A DNA stretch of 64,000 nucleotides from a virus. The stretch lies in the UHGV virus genome UHGV-0289908. One strand, 5' to 3'. The notes beneath the pieces were generated by a model. That model had not been told where the DNA came from and searched no databases. It saw only the letters and a program-made list of their open reading frames with translations. The translations under genes and the position numbers were made by a program. Shown here piece after piece: positions 8,831 through 17,631 of the stretch (positions within the stretch are counted from its first letter, which is position 1; each line of letters starts with the position of its first letter).

Positions 8831-8974
8831 AATATATGAGATTAAAACTATGGAGCAAGGCGTAGGTAAAAGGAGCTTAAACCTACCAAGGGCTTACCCT
8901 GCTCTAGTATTATATACAGTTTTAAAATAAATATTCATTAAAAAGTAAACAAAAGTAAACAAAGGAGAATTAAC

Positions 8975-9172
8975 ATGAATAAACACACTTGCAAAGATTG
9001 CACAGAACGTAAGGTAGGGTGTCACTCAACCTGTGCAAAATACGTGGTCAAACGAGTTATTCAAACTTATAAGAATCAAAAGAAATGCAATGAATATCAA
9101 TACAGCTTTGACCCAAATGGATATGAAAGAAACTCTCGAAAGTTAAGAAAGCAGTTGAGTGGACATTGTTAA
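8975..9172 (+). CDS. Small Cys-rich protein (CxxC, HSTC)
   Basis: 'CKDCTERKVGCHSTCAKY'. RBS 'AAAGGAGAATTAACATG'. Confidence 0.4.
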   Translation: MNKHTCKDCTERKVGCHSTCAKYVVKRVIQTYKNQKKCNEYQYSFDPNGYERNSRKLRKQLSGHC

Positions 9173-9282
9173 GCCGATTTACAACCTAAAAGGTTAAAAC
9201 TTTTGGGGAGTACGGTGCTATGATGTGTCCTGCTCCCAACCAATGTGACGCAATATTATCATGAATCGACAATAACGTTTGT

Positions 9283-9318
9283 AAAGGACTAGCTTGAGTT
9301 AGTCCTTTTATTTTTTCG
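9283..9318 (+). terminator. Rho-independent terminator (AAGGACTA / TAGTCCTT stem followed by TTTATTTTTT)
   Basis: Stem and T-run. Confidence 0.65.
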
Positions 9319-9332
9319 ACGTTTTTTAGCAA

Positions 9333-9379
9333 AAAGATTATAAAATGTATTGACTATATATGTAAAAACATGCTATAAT
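9333..9379 (+). promoter_or_regulatory. Promoter module (TTGACT 9350-9355, 18-bp spacer, TGcTATAAT)
   Basis: Consensus. Confidence 0.6.
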
Positions 9380-9406
9380 TAGGTCAAGTTAAAGGAGGAT
9401 TGAAAA

Positions 9407-9670
9407 ATGAAATATCGAATCAAAACCATGAGTAAACGAAAGCCTATTGAAGCCGTTCAGTACAACATGGAGAACCTTAATGCCATTATAAAACTGATTG
9501 GTAGTTCAAAGGTGCAATGGCAACCACGGGCAGAGGAGCTGAGCGTCATCTCTTTAGGGAGAGTTATGAAAGTAGACCAAGGAAGCTATGTAGTTAGGCG
9601 ACACGATGGAGAGGTGTTCGTAATTGGCAAACAGGCTTTCGAGAAAGCCTACGAAAGAGTAGAACGATAG
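9407..9670 (+). CDS. Hypothetical protein (87 aa)
   Basis: RBS 'AAAGGAGGATTGAAAAATG'. Confidence 0.45.
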   Translation: MKYRIKTMSKRKPIEAVQYNMENLNAIIKLIGSSKVQWQPRAEELSVISLGRVMKVDQGSYVVRRHDGEVFVIGKQAFEKAYERVER

Positions 9671-9756
9671 GAGAGGTTAATAACGAGTGCAACTTTGTTG
9701 GTATCGACCGTCGACACACCCATTGTTTTAATCATTAGGAATTGGAGGAGCTGAAT

Positions 9757-10188
9757 ATGGGAATTGTAATACCGTTGATAGGGTTGTTGTTTATCTTGTG
9801 TTTCTCGTGTGCTTATGTGGGATATGACGTAGCAGATAAGAGAGCAAAACAAGCAGAACAACGAGCCTTGGAGTACAGCTACAAGCTAGTAGAGTATCAG
9901 AGTAAACTTGCAACAGAAAGAATGCGTTACGAAGCGGAACGAAAGCAACGAACACAAGATATCGAAGACTATAATAAGCTAGTGAACGAATACAATAAGC
10001 TAACTCGTTTATATCGCAATATGAACAATAAACAAGGAGGAGACGCAAATGTGCAATCCCCTGTTATTAAGGAAATGTTGCGTTTTGCAATGACACAGGC
10101 TCATCCAGACGCAGGAAAGGAGAAGACTCCAGACCGCTTTATTAAGTACCGAGAAGAGTATGAAAGACTTTACAAAGGGAGACGATAA
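9757..10188 (+). CDS. Membrane-anchored J-domain-like protein (N-terminal TM, coiled coil, C-terminal HPD motif)
   Basis: 'GIVIPLIGLLFILCF' TM segment. Central KR/E-rich coiled coil. 'AMTQAHPDAGKEKTPDRFIKYREEYERLY' resembles DnaJ helix II-III including HPD. Confidence 0.4.
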   Translation: MGIVIPLIGLLFILCFSCAYVGYDVADKRAKQAEQRALEYSYKLVEYQSKLATERMRYEAERKQRTQDIEDYNKLVNEYNKLTRLYRNMNNKQGGDANVQSPVIKEMLRFAMTQAHPDAGKEKTPDRFIKYREEYERLYKGRR

Positions 10189-10349
10189 CATGAGAAAGAA
10201 TACGGTTTTACAATGCAATGATTGCAAGTTTGGTAAGTAGAATGAATTCCGACGAATTAATTTATGCACCAAATCCTCTGCATTTGTGCTAAGAATATTT
10301 GATAAAGATGGCAACTGTACAATGAAAGTGTCAAGAGAGGAGAAATAAA

Positions 10350-10556
10350 ATGGGAGTATTTTCATTAATACATAAAGACACAAGAGAATGTCTTATCACG
10401 TCTACTCGTTTAGAAGACATAGACGCATACTTAACGAAACAACAAAAAGAACAAGGGAAGTATTATATTGAGGTTCGAGACACCCGAGGGCACTTATGTA
10501 ATGCAACCTACAAAAGCAGCAAAGGAACTTGGATTCTTGTTCCTTTATCTGAATAG
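10350..10556 (+). CDS. Hypothetical protein (68 aa)
   Basis: RBS 'AGAGAGGAGAAATAAAATG'. Confidence 0.4.
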   Translation: MGVFSLIHKDTRECLITSTRLEDIDAYLTKQQKEQGKYYIEVRDTRGHLCNATYKSSKGTWILVPLSE

Positions 10557-10560
10557 TCGT

Positions 10561-10609
10561 CTAAATATTATAAAATGTGTTGACAAAAGGTGACAAACTA
10601 TGATATAAT
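10561..10609 (+). promoter_or_regulatory. Promoter module (TTGACA 10580-10585, TGaTATAAT 10601-10609)
   Basis: Consensus. Confidence 0.6.
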
Positions 10610-10639
10610 TAGCGTATGTTAAAGAGAGGGAGGTAAAAC

Positions 10640-11248
10640 ATGACAAACGAAGAATTGGTAGCAAGATTTCAAAATGGAGAAGATGTATTCGAAGAGTTAT
10701 ATCAAAATAATAAAGGTTTTATTCACAAAAAGGCATTTGAATATAGTCGGAAGTCTTTTCTGGAGAAAGAGGACTTGATAAACTGTTTCATGTTTGTTCT
10801 GTATAAGTGTGCTCATGCTTATGACATTAATGCTGATAACAAGTTTGTCACATTTTTTGGGACATCAATGCTACGTTACTACATGAAGGCGAAAGATAGA
10901 AGTGAATACAAAAACGTATTTATTAAAACTGACTCGTTAAACAAGCAGGTTCAGTCATCTAACATGGGGTCTTACATGGAAAGGATTGATATAATTCCAT
11001 CTCATCACGAGGAGTTTTCATATCTCCGTGAGGTGGAGAATGCTTGTGTGAAAACTTTATCCAACATCATGGGGAAGAATCAAGTTAACATGGTCATGCA
11101 CTATCTTTGTGGGAATTATTCTCAAAGAGAATTAAGTAAAATGTATAATGTTTCTCCACAAGCTGTATCGGGGAATGTTAACCGTGCAAGAGTTATTTTG
11201 AAACGAGAATTGCCCAAACAGGGATTTGAATTAGATTTTAGGAGGTAA
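10640..11248 (+). CDS. Phage sigma-70-family sigma factor (regions 2 and 4)
   Basis: Region 4 HTH 'YSQRELSKMYNVSPQAVSGNVNRARVILKREL'. Region-2-like N-terminus. 202 aa. Confidence 0.6.
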   Translation: MTNEELVARFQNGEDVFEELYQNNKGFIHKKAFEYSRKSFLEKEDLINCFMFVLYKCAHAYDINADNKFVTFFGTSMLRYYMKAKDRSEYKNVFIKTDSLNKQVQSSNMGSYMERIDIIPSHHEEFSYLREVENACVKTLSNIMGKNQVNMVMHYLCGNYSQRELSKMYNVSPQAVSGNVNRARVILKRELPKQGFELDFRR

Positions 11249-11252
11249 TGAT

Positions 11253-11723
11253 ATGATTAAAGTAGTATATGGAGATTTAATGCAAGCAACAGAGGATATT
11301 ATTGTTCATCAAGTAAACTGTAAAGGGGTTATGGGCTCTGGAGTAGCGAAACAAATCAAGGCTAATTTCCCCGAAGTTTTTAATGAGTACCGAGGACATG
11401 CTCAATCTCATGATAGTGATGAGCTATTGGGGACTGCCCAGTTCGTGTTCTCACCAAGTAAGAACAAGATTGTTGCTAACGTATTTGGACAAGACTCTTT
11501 TGGAGCAAGTCGTCGTCGCACATTTGAATCTGCTCTAATTTGGGGATTAATCAAGGTAAAAGAGTTTGCAGAGGACAATAATATGTCGGTTGCCATGCCG
11601 TACAATATTGGCTGTGCATTAGGTGGAGGAGATTGGGATACTGTATACGAAGGTATTCAAGCGGTATTCAGCGACTTTGACCGAGATGTTGTACTTTATC
11701 AATTTGAAGAACCTTCTTGCTAA
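11253..11723 (+). CDS. Macro-domain (ADP-ribose-binding / ADP-ribosyl-hydrolase-like) protein
   Basis: 'IIVHQVNCKGVMGSGVAKQI' matches the macro-domain N..N....G.G(V/I)A motif. 'GCALGGGDW' is the distal glycine loop. Start overlaps the sigma-factor stop. Confidence 0.65.
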   Translation: MIKVVYGDLMQATEDIIVHQVNCKGVMGSGVAKQIKANFPEVFNEYRGHAQSHDSDELLGTAQFVFSPSKNKIVANVFGQDSFGASRRRTFESALIWGLIKVKEFAEDNNMSVAMPYNIGCALGGGDWDTVYEGIQAVFSDFDRDVVLYQFEEPSC

Positions 11724-11768
11724 AATATTATAAAATATGTTGACAAATATTGTCGATAATGGTATAAT
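11720..11768 (+). promoter_or_regulatory. Promoter module (TTGACA 11740-11745, 17-bp spacer, TGgTATAAT). Overlaps the macro-gene stop.
   Basis: First 31 bp identical to the module at 27281. Confidence 0.6.
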
Positions 11769-11804
11769 AAAGGAGTACTGGAAATACGAGAGGAGAAATG
11801 AAGA

Positions 11805-12146
11805 ATGACAAAAGTAGTACAATTACCAATTATTGTAACACATAATGTTAAAGTAGTAGAATACGAGAACATTTCTTATGTTCGTACACGAGACATTGCA
11901 GACGCATTGGGAATTAAACAACCGTTTGAGTTCACAAGCGACATTCGTAAGGTATTAGGAGGACATACGGTACTGAGTGGAGAAGACACAAAAGAGTTTC
12001 GAGGAGGAGCTGACAATTCACGCACCCCATATGTAAAAGTGTCGGATATGATTGAGTTCTTAGAACGAGGTGTCCTAAACCATAAGACCAATGGAACTCG
12101 CAAAAACGTTATTACTGTATTACAGGCTTACATGAATACATATTAG
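11805..12146 (+). CDS. Hypothetical protein
   Basis: RBS 'GAGGAGAAATGAAGAATG'. Confidence 0.4.
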   Translation: MTKVVQLPIIVTHNVKVVEYENISYVRTRDIADALGIKQPFEFTSDIRKVLGGHTVLSGEDTKEFRGGADNSRTPYVKVSDMIEFLERGVLNHKTNGTRKNVITVLQAYMNTY

Positions 12147-12154
12147 TTAGGATT

Positions 12155-12367
12155 TTGATACTTATGAAACAACTTTACGCATTGACTGTAAATGGTCATA
12201 GATATGGTCGAGGGAATATGTCCTACATGTTGGAGCTGATTCAAGAATGGACAGAGACAAGAGACATGTATGGAGCAGAAGAGGTTGTGTTTAAAATTGA
12301 AAAGACCCATCCAAAAGAACCTGCTCCTTTGGAATGTTCTTATCGAGGATTTTTAAATAATAGATAA
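12155..12367 (+). CDS. Hypothetical protein (70 aa)
   Basis: ORF only. Confidence 0.3.
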   Translation: MILMKQLYALTVNGHRYGRGNMSYMLELIQEWTETRDMYGAEEVVFKIEKTHPKEPAPLECSYRGFLNNR

Positions 12368-12737
12368 GGAGGTTGATTATTTTGATATGGGGACTGATTG
12401 ATGGATTGATTAGTGCCTTTATCCTCTCGCTATTTGGATTCGATGATATTGTTGTCGGATGTCTATATGAGTGGTTTGGAGTAACGGTGTCGTCCAATAG
12501 TTACTATATGCTGTTTGCTATTTTAGGAGCATTATCAACATTGGACTAGGAAGAGACTTAATATATGAAGAGCGAGCAATTAAACGCATTGAGATTTTTA
12601 AATATCGACAAGGCTAAGATTGATATATTAGGAGGGCAGGATATGGACTTAAAAAACGTGAGGTATCAATCGAAAAACTGTTTGTATTTAAACAATAAAA
12701 TTAATATTTTATAGTGCTATTTAAAAGGAGGAATTAC

Positions 12738-14036
12738 ATGAAACAAGTTGCAACAATTATTAAACAATTACAAAATACAAGTGGGACAAACGACAAGATT
12801 GCCATTGTCAAAGCTAATGCAGACAATGAAATACTTAAGAAGGTTCTATATTATACATACAACCCACTTATGACTTATAAGATTACAGAGTCGGTATTTA
12901 AAGAATACAAAGCAGGTAAGCACAGAGATGGTGACGTATTTGCAATGTTAGACGAATTAGCCAATAGCAACATCAATGACCAACTACGTGAACAGGTTGT
13001 AGCCTTTGTTGAGGCACAGGATGAGGATATCCAATGGTTAATCAAAGGAATGTTATTCAAGGACTTGCGTATCAATATGGGAGTTAAGAATATCAATAAA
13101 GCTATTCCTAAGTTAATTCCTGCTTGGGAGGTTCAGCAAGGTCACCCTGTGGATAAGGTTAAGAAGTTCAAACCTAATGAATGGTATTGCCTTGCATTAA
13201 AGTTAAACGGTATCCGAAGCACGTTCTATGATGGAGGATTCCGTAGTCGTCAGAATCAACCAATGACAGGGTATCAACATATCGTTGATGATTTAACAGC
13301 TATGTGTAATCACTTTGGTCAAGACGTATTAAACTGGGTATTTGATGGAGAGCTAGTTCACAAGAACCGAGACTATGCAATCCTAGACAACGAGAACTTC
13401 CGCTTAACATGTTCGATTGTTAACTCAGACGCTTTAGAGAAGCCACAAATTGAGCTTGTTTTATTCGATATGCTACCCATTGCTGAATTCAATAAAGGAG
13501 AGAGTAAGTTGGGATACAAAATGCGTTTAGAACGTCTTAAACGTATCCAGAATGCCATCGACTCTTTAGGGTTAGAACACATTCGTATTGCCCCAGTATT
13601 CTATGAAGGTAATGGGGTAGACCAAGCCGTCATTGACCATTACTTGGACTGGACTACTGAAATGAAGCTAGAAGGATTAATGTTAATCCGAGACTTTAAA
13701 TATCAGCGTAAGCGACATAATGGCATCTTGAAGGTTAAGCGATTCCTATTTTCAGATGTTCGTATCATTGGATACGAAGAAGGAGAAGGGAAACATGCAG
13801 GCAAATTAGGGTCTTTCATTATCGACTTCAAAGGAACACCAGTAGGTGTCGGTAGCGGCTATACAGACGCAGAACGTGAAGAATTCTGGGCTAATAGAGA
13901 CTTCTATATTGGCAAGATTTTAGAGGTTAAATATAAAGAAGAGACAAAGAATAAAAAGGATGATAGCATTAGCTTACAATTCCCTACTTTTAGTCGCATG
14001 CGATTAGATAAGGATGAAGTAAGCTACGAATCATAG
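12738..14036 (+). CDS. ATP-dependent DNA ligase (or nucleotidyltransferase-family RNA ligase)
   Basis: Motif I 'LKLNGIR' (KxDG-like). OB-fold-like C-terminus. RBS 'AAAAGGAGGAATTACATG'. Replication neighbourhood. Confidence 0.55.
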   Translation: MKQVATIIKQLQNTSGTNDKIAIVKANADNEILKKVLYYTYNPLMTYKITESVFKEYKAGKHRDGDVFAMLDELANSNINDQLREQVVAFVEAQDEDIQWLIKGMLFKDLRINMGVKNINKAIPKLIPAWEVQQGHPVDKVKKFKPNEWYCLALKLNGIRSTFYDGGFRSRQNQPMTGYQHIVDDLTAMCNHFGQDVLNWVFDGELVHKNRDYAILDNENFRLTCSIVNSDALEKPQIELVLFDMLPIAEFNKGESKLGYKMRLERLKRIQNAIDSLGLEHIRIAPVFYEGNGVDQAVIDHYLDWTTEMKLEGLMLIRDFKYQRKRHNGILKVKRFLFSDVRIIGYEEGEGKHAGKLGSFIIDFKGTPVGVGSGYTDAEREEFWANRDFYIGKILEVKYKEETKNKKDDSISLQFPTFSRMRLDKDEVSYES

Positions 14037-14047
14037 GAGGAAACCGC

Positions 14048-14194
14048 ATGTTGGAGTTGATTAACTTTATTTCCATGATGGCAGTTCTTGTAGGGCTAGG
14101 GATGATTGCGTCCACAGACCGCATTGACGGGAGACATAGAGCAGGAATTGTTGTGTACTTTGTTGGTATGGCACTATTTTTACTAACAGCTTAA
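14048..14194 (+). CDS. Small membrane protein (about 48 aa)
   Basis: Hand-translated hydrophobic peptide. RBS 'GGAGGAAACCGCATG'. Confidence 0.3.
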   Translation: MLELINFISMMAVLVGLGMIASTDRIDGRHRAGIVVYFVGMALFLLTA

Positions 14195-14202
14195 ATATTC
14201 GT

Positions 14203-14251
14203 CAAAATATTATAAAATGTGTTGACAAGCAATTACAAAGTTTGATATAAT
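14203..14251 (+). promoter_or_regulatory. Promoter module (TTGACA 14222-14227, TGaTATAAT 14243-14251)
   Basis: Consensus. Confidence 0.6.
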
Positions 14252-14326
14252 CAAGATGTCGAAAACGACAATGAATACATAGGGAGACGGTAGGTCTCCT
14301 ACCTCTCCCATAGGGAGGACATACTT

Positions 14327-14941
14327 ATGAACATTAAAACATTAGCAGTTGCAGGGATTGAGCAGTCCATGAAAGGGATGCGTAATCCGATGGATTCTTG
14401 GCACTTGCAGGATACCACAGGAGACATAATTGGAGAAAAGGATTTGAACCTCGCTCAACGTTTATTAAAAGCAGGAGCAGAGCACGCAAAATTCATGAGA
14501 CAAATTCATGTGTGGGTTGACATGGACATGCCACGTTATTGGTGGAGTGAGTTTGATACATACCACTATAATACGAAAAACAGTTGTTCAACAATGCACA
14601 AACTGTTAAACAAGAAAACACCAATTCGTTTAGAGCAGTTTTATTATGAACCACAAGATGAAGAATTCATGATGATTATTGTTGATAAGTTAAATGAAAT
14701 TCGAGAAGAATGGAATAACGCTCAAGGAACAAGCGATAAAAACTTGTGTCTTAAAAGAGCAAAACAGTTGTTACCAGAAGGGTTTTTACAGTTGCGAACG
14801 GTATCAACCAATTATGCTGAAATTCGCAATATTTACTTCCAACGTAAAAACCACCGTTTAAAAGAAGAATGGCAAGATACTTTTGTGGAATGGGTTAAGA
14901 CCTTACCATATGCGGAAGAGTTGATTATGTATGAAGGATAA
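14327..14941 (+). CDS. Hypothetical protein, possibly nucleotide-metabolism related given its position beside folD. Not assignable by eye.
   Basis: 204 aa. Preceded by a GGAGA/TCTCC-type hairpin in the leader. Confidence 0.4.
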   Translation: MNIKTLAVAGIEQSMKGMRNPMDSWHLQDTTGDIIGEKDLNLAQRLLKAGAEHAKFMRQIHVWVDMDMPRYWWSEFDTYHYNTKNSCSTMHKLLNKKTPIRLEQFYYEPQDEEFMMIIVDKLNEIREEWNNAQGTSDKNLCLKRAKQLLPEGFLQLRTVSTNYAEIRNIYFQRKNHRLKEEWQDTFVEWVKTLPYAEELIMYEG

Positions 14942-15572
14942 TCCGAGAAAGTGTTCTGTAGAAGGATGTGAAACACAGGCAAAACATAATTGCTTTGATG
15001 GCAAGCCATACTGTGGAAAACACCTTCATCACATGTATAGACATGGAGAAATAAGAACAATACATCGAAGAAGTCCAAATAACTATACAACTAATGGCAA
15101 CATTACTACAGTTGATTTATATGGGAATCGTGGGGAATTAAAAGGGCAAGCCATCATCGACACAGAAGACAAAGAAATTGTATCAAAACATAAATGGGGC
15201 TACACTCCCGATGGATATGTGAAAAGTTCAGCACAAAGACTACTATTGCACCGATTAGTGATGAATTGCACGGACAAGTATTTACAGGTAGACCATATTA
15301 ACGGAAATCCATTAGACAATCGCAAGGCGAATTTGCGATTAGTCACAAATCAACAAAATCAGTTTAATTCAAAAAACACTGGTTCGGGAGACAACTCTCG
15401 AAAAGGAGTTTCATTTCGCAAAGACCGAAACAAATGGAGAGCTTATATCACGCTAAACGGAAAACAAATAGCCCTCGGTTCGTTTGACACAGAAGCGGAA
15501 GCAATAGAGGCTAGAATCCAAGCAGAAGAAAAGTACTATCGAGAATACAGGAGAGGGGAATATTATGAGTAA
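14931..15572 (+). CDS. HNH homing endonuclease with a C-terminal AP2-like DNA-binding domain
   Basis: N-terminal Zn knuckle 'CSVEGCETQAKHNCFDGKPYCGKH'. 'VDHINGNPLDNRKANLRLVTNQQN' HNH core. 'GVSFRKDRNKWRAYITLNGKQIALGSFDTEAEAIEAR' AP2. Confidence 0.7.
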   Translation: MKDNPRKCSVEGCETQAKHNCFDGKPYCGKHLHHMYRHGEIRTIHRRSPNNYTTNGNITTVDLYGNRGELKGQAIIDTEDKEIVSKHKWGYTPDGYVKSSAQRLLLHRLVMNCTDKYLQVDHINGNPLDNRKANLRLVTNQQNQFNSKNTGSGDNSRKGVSFRKDRNKWRAYITLNGKQIALGSFDTEAEAIEARIQAEEKYYREYRRGEYYE

Positions 15573-16413
15573 GATTATTGATTGTGTGTCTATTGCACAG
15601 AAAGTAAAAGAAGAGGTAAAACAAGAAGTTTCAACAATGGAGCATGCACCTTGTTTAACAGTTGTGATTGTGGGGGACGACCCTGCGTCACAGGTGTATG
15701 TGCGAAACAAAGAGAAAGTATGCGAAGAGGTTGGAATTAAATCTGTAGTGCATAGACTTCCTAGTGATTCAACGCAAACGATGGTAGAAGGGGTCGTAAA
15801 GGCATTAAATCATGACCATAATATTCATGGCATTTTGGTTCAGTTGCCATTGCCAAAGCACTTGGATGAACAGCGTATAATTGACTGTATTGACCCACGT
15901 AAGGACGTAGACGGTTTGACAGTCCACAACCAAGGATTATTAGCTTTAGGACGACTTAGCGAAGCAGTATTACCATGTACTCCAAGCGGAGTCATCCGTA
16001 TCTTTGATGAAATCGGGTATGACCTTGCAGGGAAAGATGTGGTCATTGTAGGACGCTCTAACCTGTTTGGAAAGCCAATGGCTCAATTATGTTTAAATCG
16101 TAATGCTACGGTTACCATGTGTCATAGCAAGACACAAGCGTTAAAACATGTCACAGCCTTATCAGATGTAGCAATTTGTGCAATCGGAGCACCTAAATTC
16201 TTTGATGAGAACTTCTTCCGTAACAATGATGTAGTTATTGATGTAGGAATTAACCGAGACGAGAACGGGAAGTTATGTGGAGACGTAGACCTTCACGCAG
16301 TATTAGAAGAGGTAGGAGCTATCACCCCTGTTCCACGTGGAGTTGGTGTGCTCACTACCGCTATGTTATTAAAGAATGTATTAAAGTGCTCAAAACTATT
16401 GGGCAATAAATAG
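15565..16413 (+). CDS. folD: Bifunctional methylene-THF dehydrogenase / methenyl-THF cyclohydrolase (FolD)
   Basis: 'VGDDPASQVYVRNKEK', 'VQLPLPKHLDE', 'DVDGL', 'PCTPSGV', 'VVIVGRSNLFGKPMAQL' all match FolD signatures. Confidence 0.8.
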   Translation: MSKIIDCVSIAQKVKEEVKQEVSTMEHAPCLTVVIVGDDPASQVYVRNKEKVCEEVGIKSVVHRLPSDSTQTMVEGVVKALNHDHNIHGILVQLPLPKHLDEQRIIDCIDPRKDVDGLTVHNQGLLALGRLSEAVLPCTPSGVIRIFDEIGYDLAGKDVVIVGRSNLFGKPMAQLCLNRNATVTMCHSKTQALKHVTALSDVAICAIGAPKFFDENFFRNNDVVIDVGINRDENGKLCGDVDLHAVLEEVGAITPVPRGVGVLTTAMLLKNVLKCSKLLGNK

Positions 16414-16426
16414 GAGGATATTATAG

Positions 16427-16690
16427 ATGGAAAGACCAAGTTACCCACAAGACTTCTTCTCTTTCGAGCACGGAGTCGATATTAACGATGAAAAGATTAA
16501 CGGATTTATTGATGAAGCACTAACATACCTTGCACAAAACCCTCATGAGTCGTTCTATGAAATTGCATTTGGACGAGTCTTAATTGTCGCTACACGCACA
16601 GAGGATGGAATGGTAGATATTACCGTTACGAAACGATACACACAGGCTTCAATCATTGATGGAGAGGTTGTGCGCTTTGACCCGCAATAA
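16427..16690 (+). CDS. Hypothetical protein (87 aa)
   Basis: RBS 'AATAGGAGGATATTATAGATG'. Confidence 0.4.
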   Translation: MERPSYPQDFFSFEHGVDINDEKINGFIDEALTYLAQNPHESFYEIAFGRVLIVATRTEDGMVDITVTKRYTQASIIDGEVVRFDPQ

Positions 16691-16741
16691 TGTAAAAAAA
16701 TGTTAAAAAGGATTGACATGTCGAAATAGACATGATATAAT
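16690..16741 (+). promoter_or_regulatory. Promoter (A-rich upstream, TTGACA 16713-16718, 17-bp spacer, TGaTATAAT)
   Basis: Consensus hexamers. Lacks the exact ATATTATAAAAT element. Confidence 0.5.
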
Positions 16742-16892
16742 CTAAACATATCGCAAATGAACAAAATATGTCGAGGAGGTATTAACCTCCTTGTCAAAGA
16801 ATATCAAAACATGGTGTTCTTTGACAAGGACTGAACAGAAGAGTTGAAGTTCTTGGTTAATACATACTATATTAAATACTAGGAGAGATAAT

Positions 16893-17492
16893 ATGAAAAC
16901 ATTACTTACTAACTTAACATTACAAGAAGCAACAGAAGCGATTCAAGGAACTACAAATACTATGTACCGTGGGGCTTGGACAGCAGAGTATTCACCTGCG
17001 GAAGTAGCAATCGGGTTCGATGAATATGGGGAACTATACGACGTAGCAGATGATGTGGAAGCAACATTATCATTAGAAGACATCATGGCTAAAGATTGGT
17101 GTGTATTAGCTGACACAGACGCAGATATCGAGAAATGGGAGGAAGGCATGCGTCATGTATTAGAAGGTTTCCGATTAATGGATGGGACACAGGTAGATGA
17201 ATTCCGATTCATGTTCTGGAAGCAGTTGACAATGTTATTGTCGACCTATTTCGGAGAAGCTACATCAGCACACTACATTAAGACAGGGGAACTTGTTCAC
17301 AATAGAAAATGTGATTGTCCAGATTGTCGTATTGGGCGATTCCAAAAGAATCCAGAGGAAGAATTAAAGAAAACATTAGACCGTTTAGCTAACATGGTTG
17401 GAACGGTGAATCCAGAAGACAACTTTATTGAGTTTCCAGACGGTGGGAAAGAAATGAATGATTTCTTAAAGTTCTTATTCGGAGACAAGTAA
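16893..17492 (+). CDS. Hypothetical acidic protein
   Basis: ORF. RBS 'TAGGAGAGATAATATG'. Confidence 0.4.
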   Translation: MKTLLTNLTLQEATEAIQGTTNTMYRGAWTAEYSPAEVAIGFDEYGELYDVADDVEATLSLEDIMAKDWCVLADTDADIEKWEEGMRHVLEGFRLMDGTQVDEFRFMFWKQLTMLLSTYFGEATSAHYIKTGELVHNRKCDCPDCRIGRFQKNPEEELKKTLDRLANMVGTVNPEDNFIEFPDGGKEMNDFLKFLFGDK

Positions 17493-17500
17493 TTGAGTAT

Positions 17501-17522
17501 GCACGAGCCTTCGGGTTCGTGC
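17501..17522 (+). other. Stable hairpin GCACGAGCC-ttcg-GGTTCGTGC with no U-tract
   Basis: UUCG-type tetraloop. Possible terminator or RNA stability element. Confidence 0.3.
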
Positions 17523-17537
17523 TAAAAATAAAAACTG

Positions 17538-17587
17538 CTAAAATATTATAAAATGCTATTGACAATATCTTACAGATATGTTAATAT
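17538..17587 (+). promoter_or_regulatory. Promoter module (TTGACA 17559-17564, 17-bp spacer, TGtTAATAT)
   Basis: Consensus with a slightly degenerate -10. Confidence 0.5.
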
Positions 17588-17631
17588 ACAGGAGTCGAAT
17601 ACGACAGAAATTTGTCAAAGGAGAGATGAAC

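Noticed and set aside
8800-9320. tRNA genes in the larger intergenic gaps (8800-8970, 9175-9330)
   Set aside because: No acceptor-stem / T-loop (GTTCNANTC) architecture could be traced by eye. Only simple hairpins were found. tRNAscan would be needed to be sure.
14327-14941. ThyX (flavin-dependent thymidylate synthase) assignment for the gene next to folD
   Set aside because: I could not find the RHR...SxRY ThyX signature, so it is left as hypothetical.
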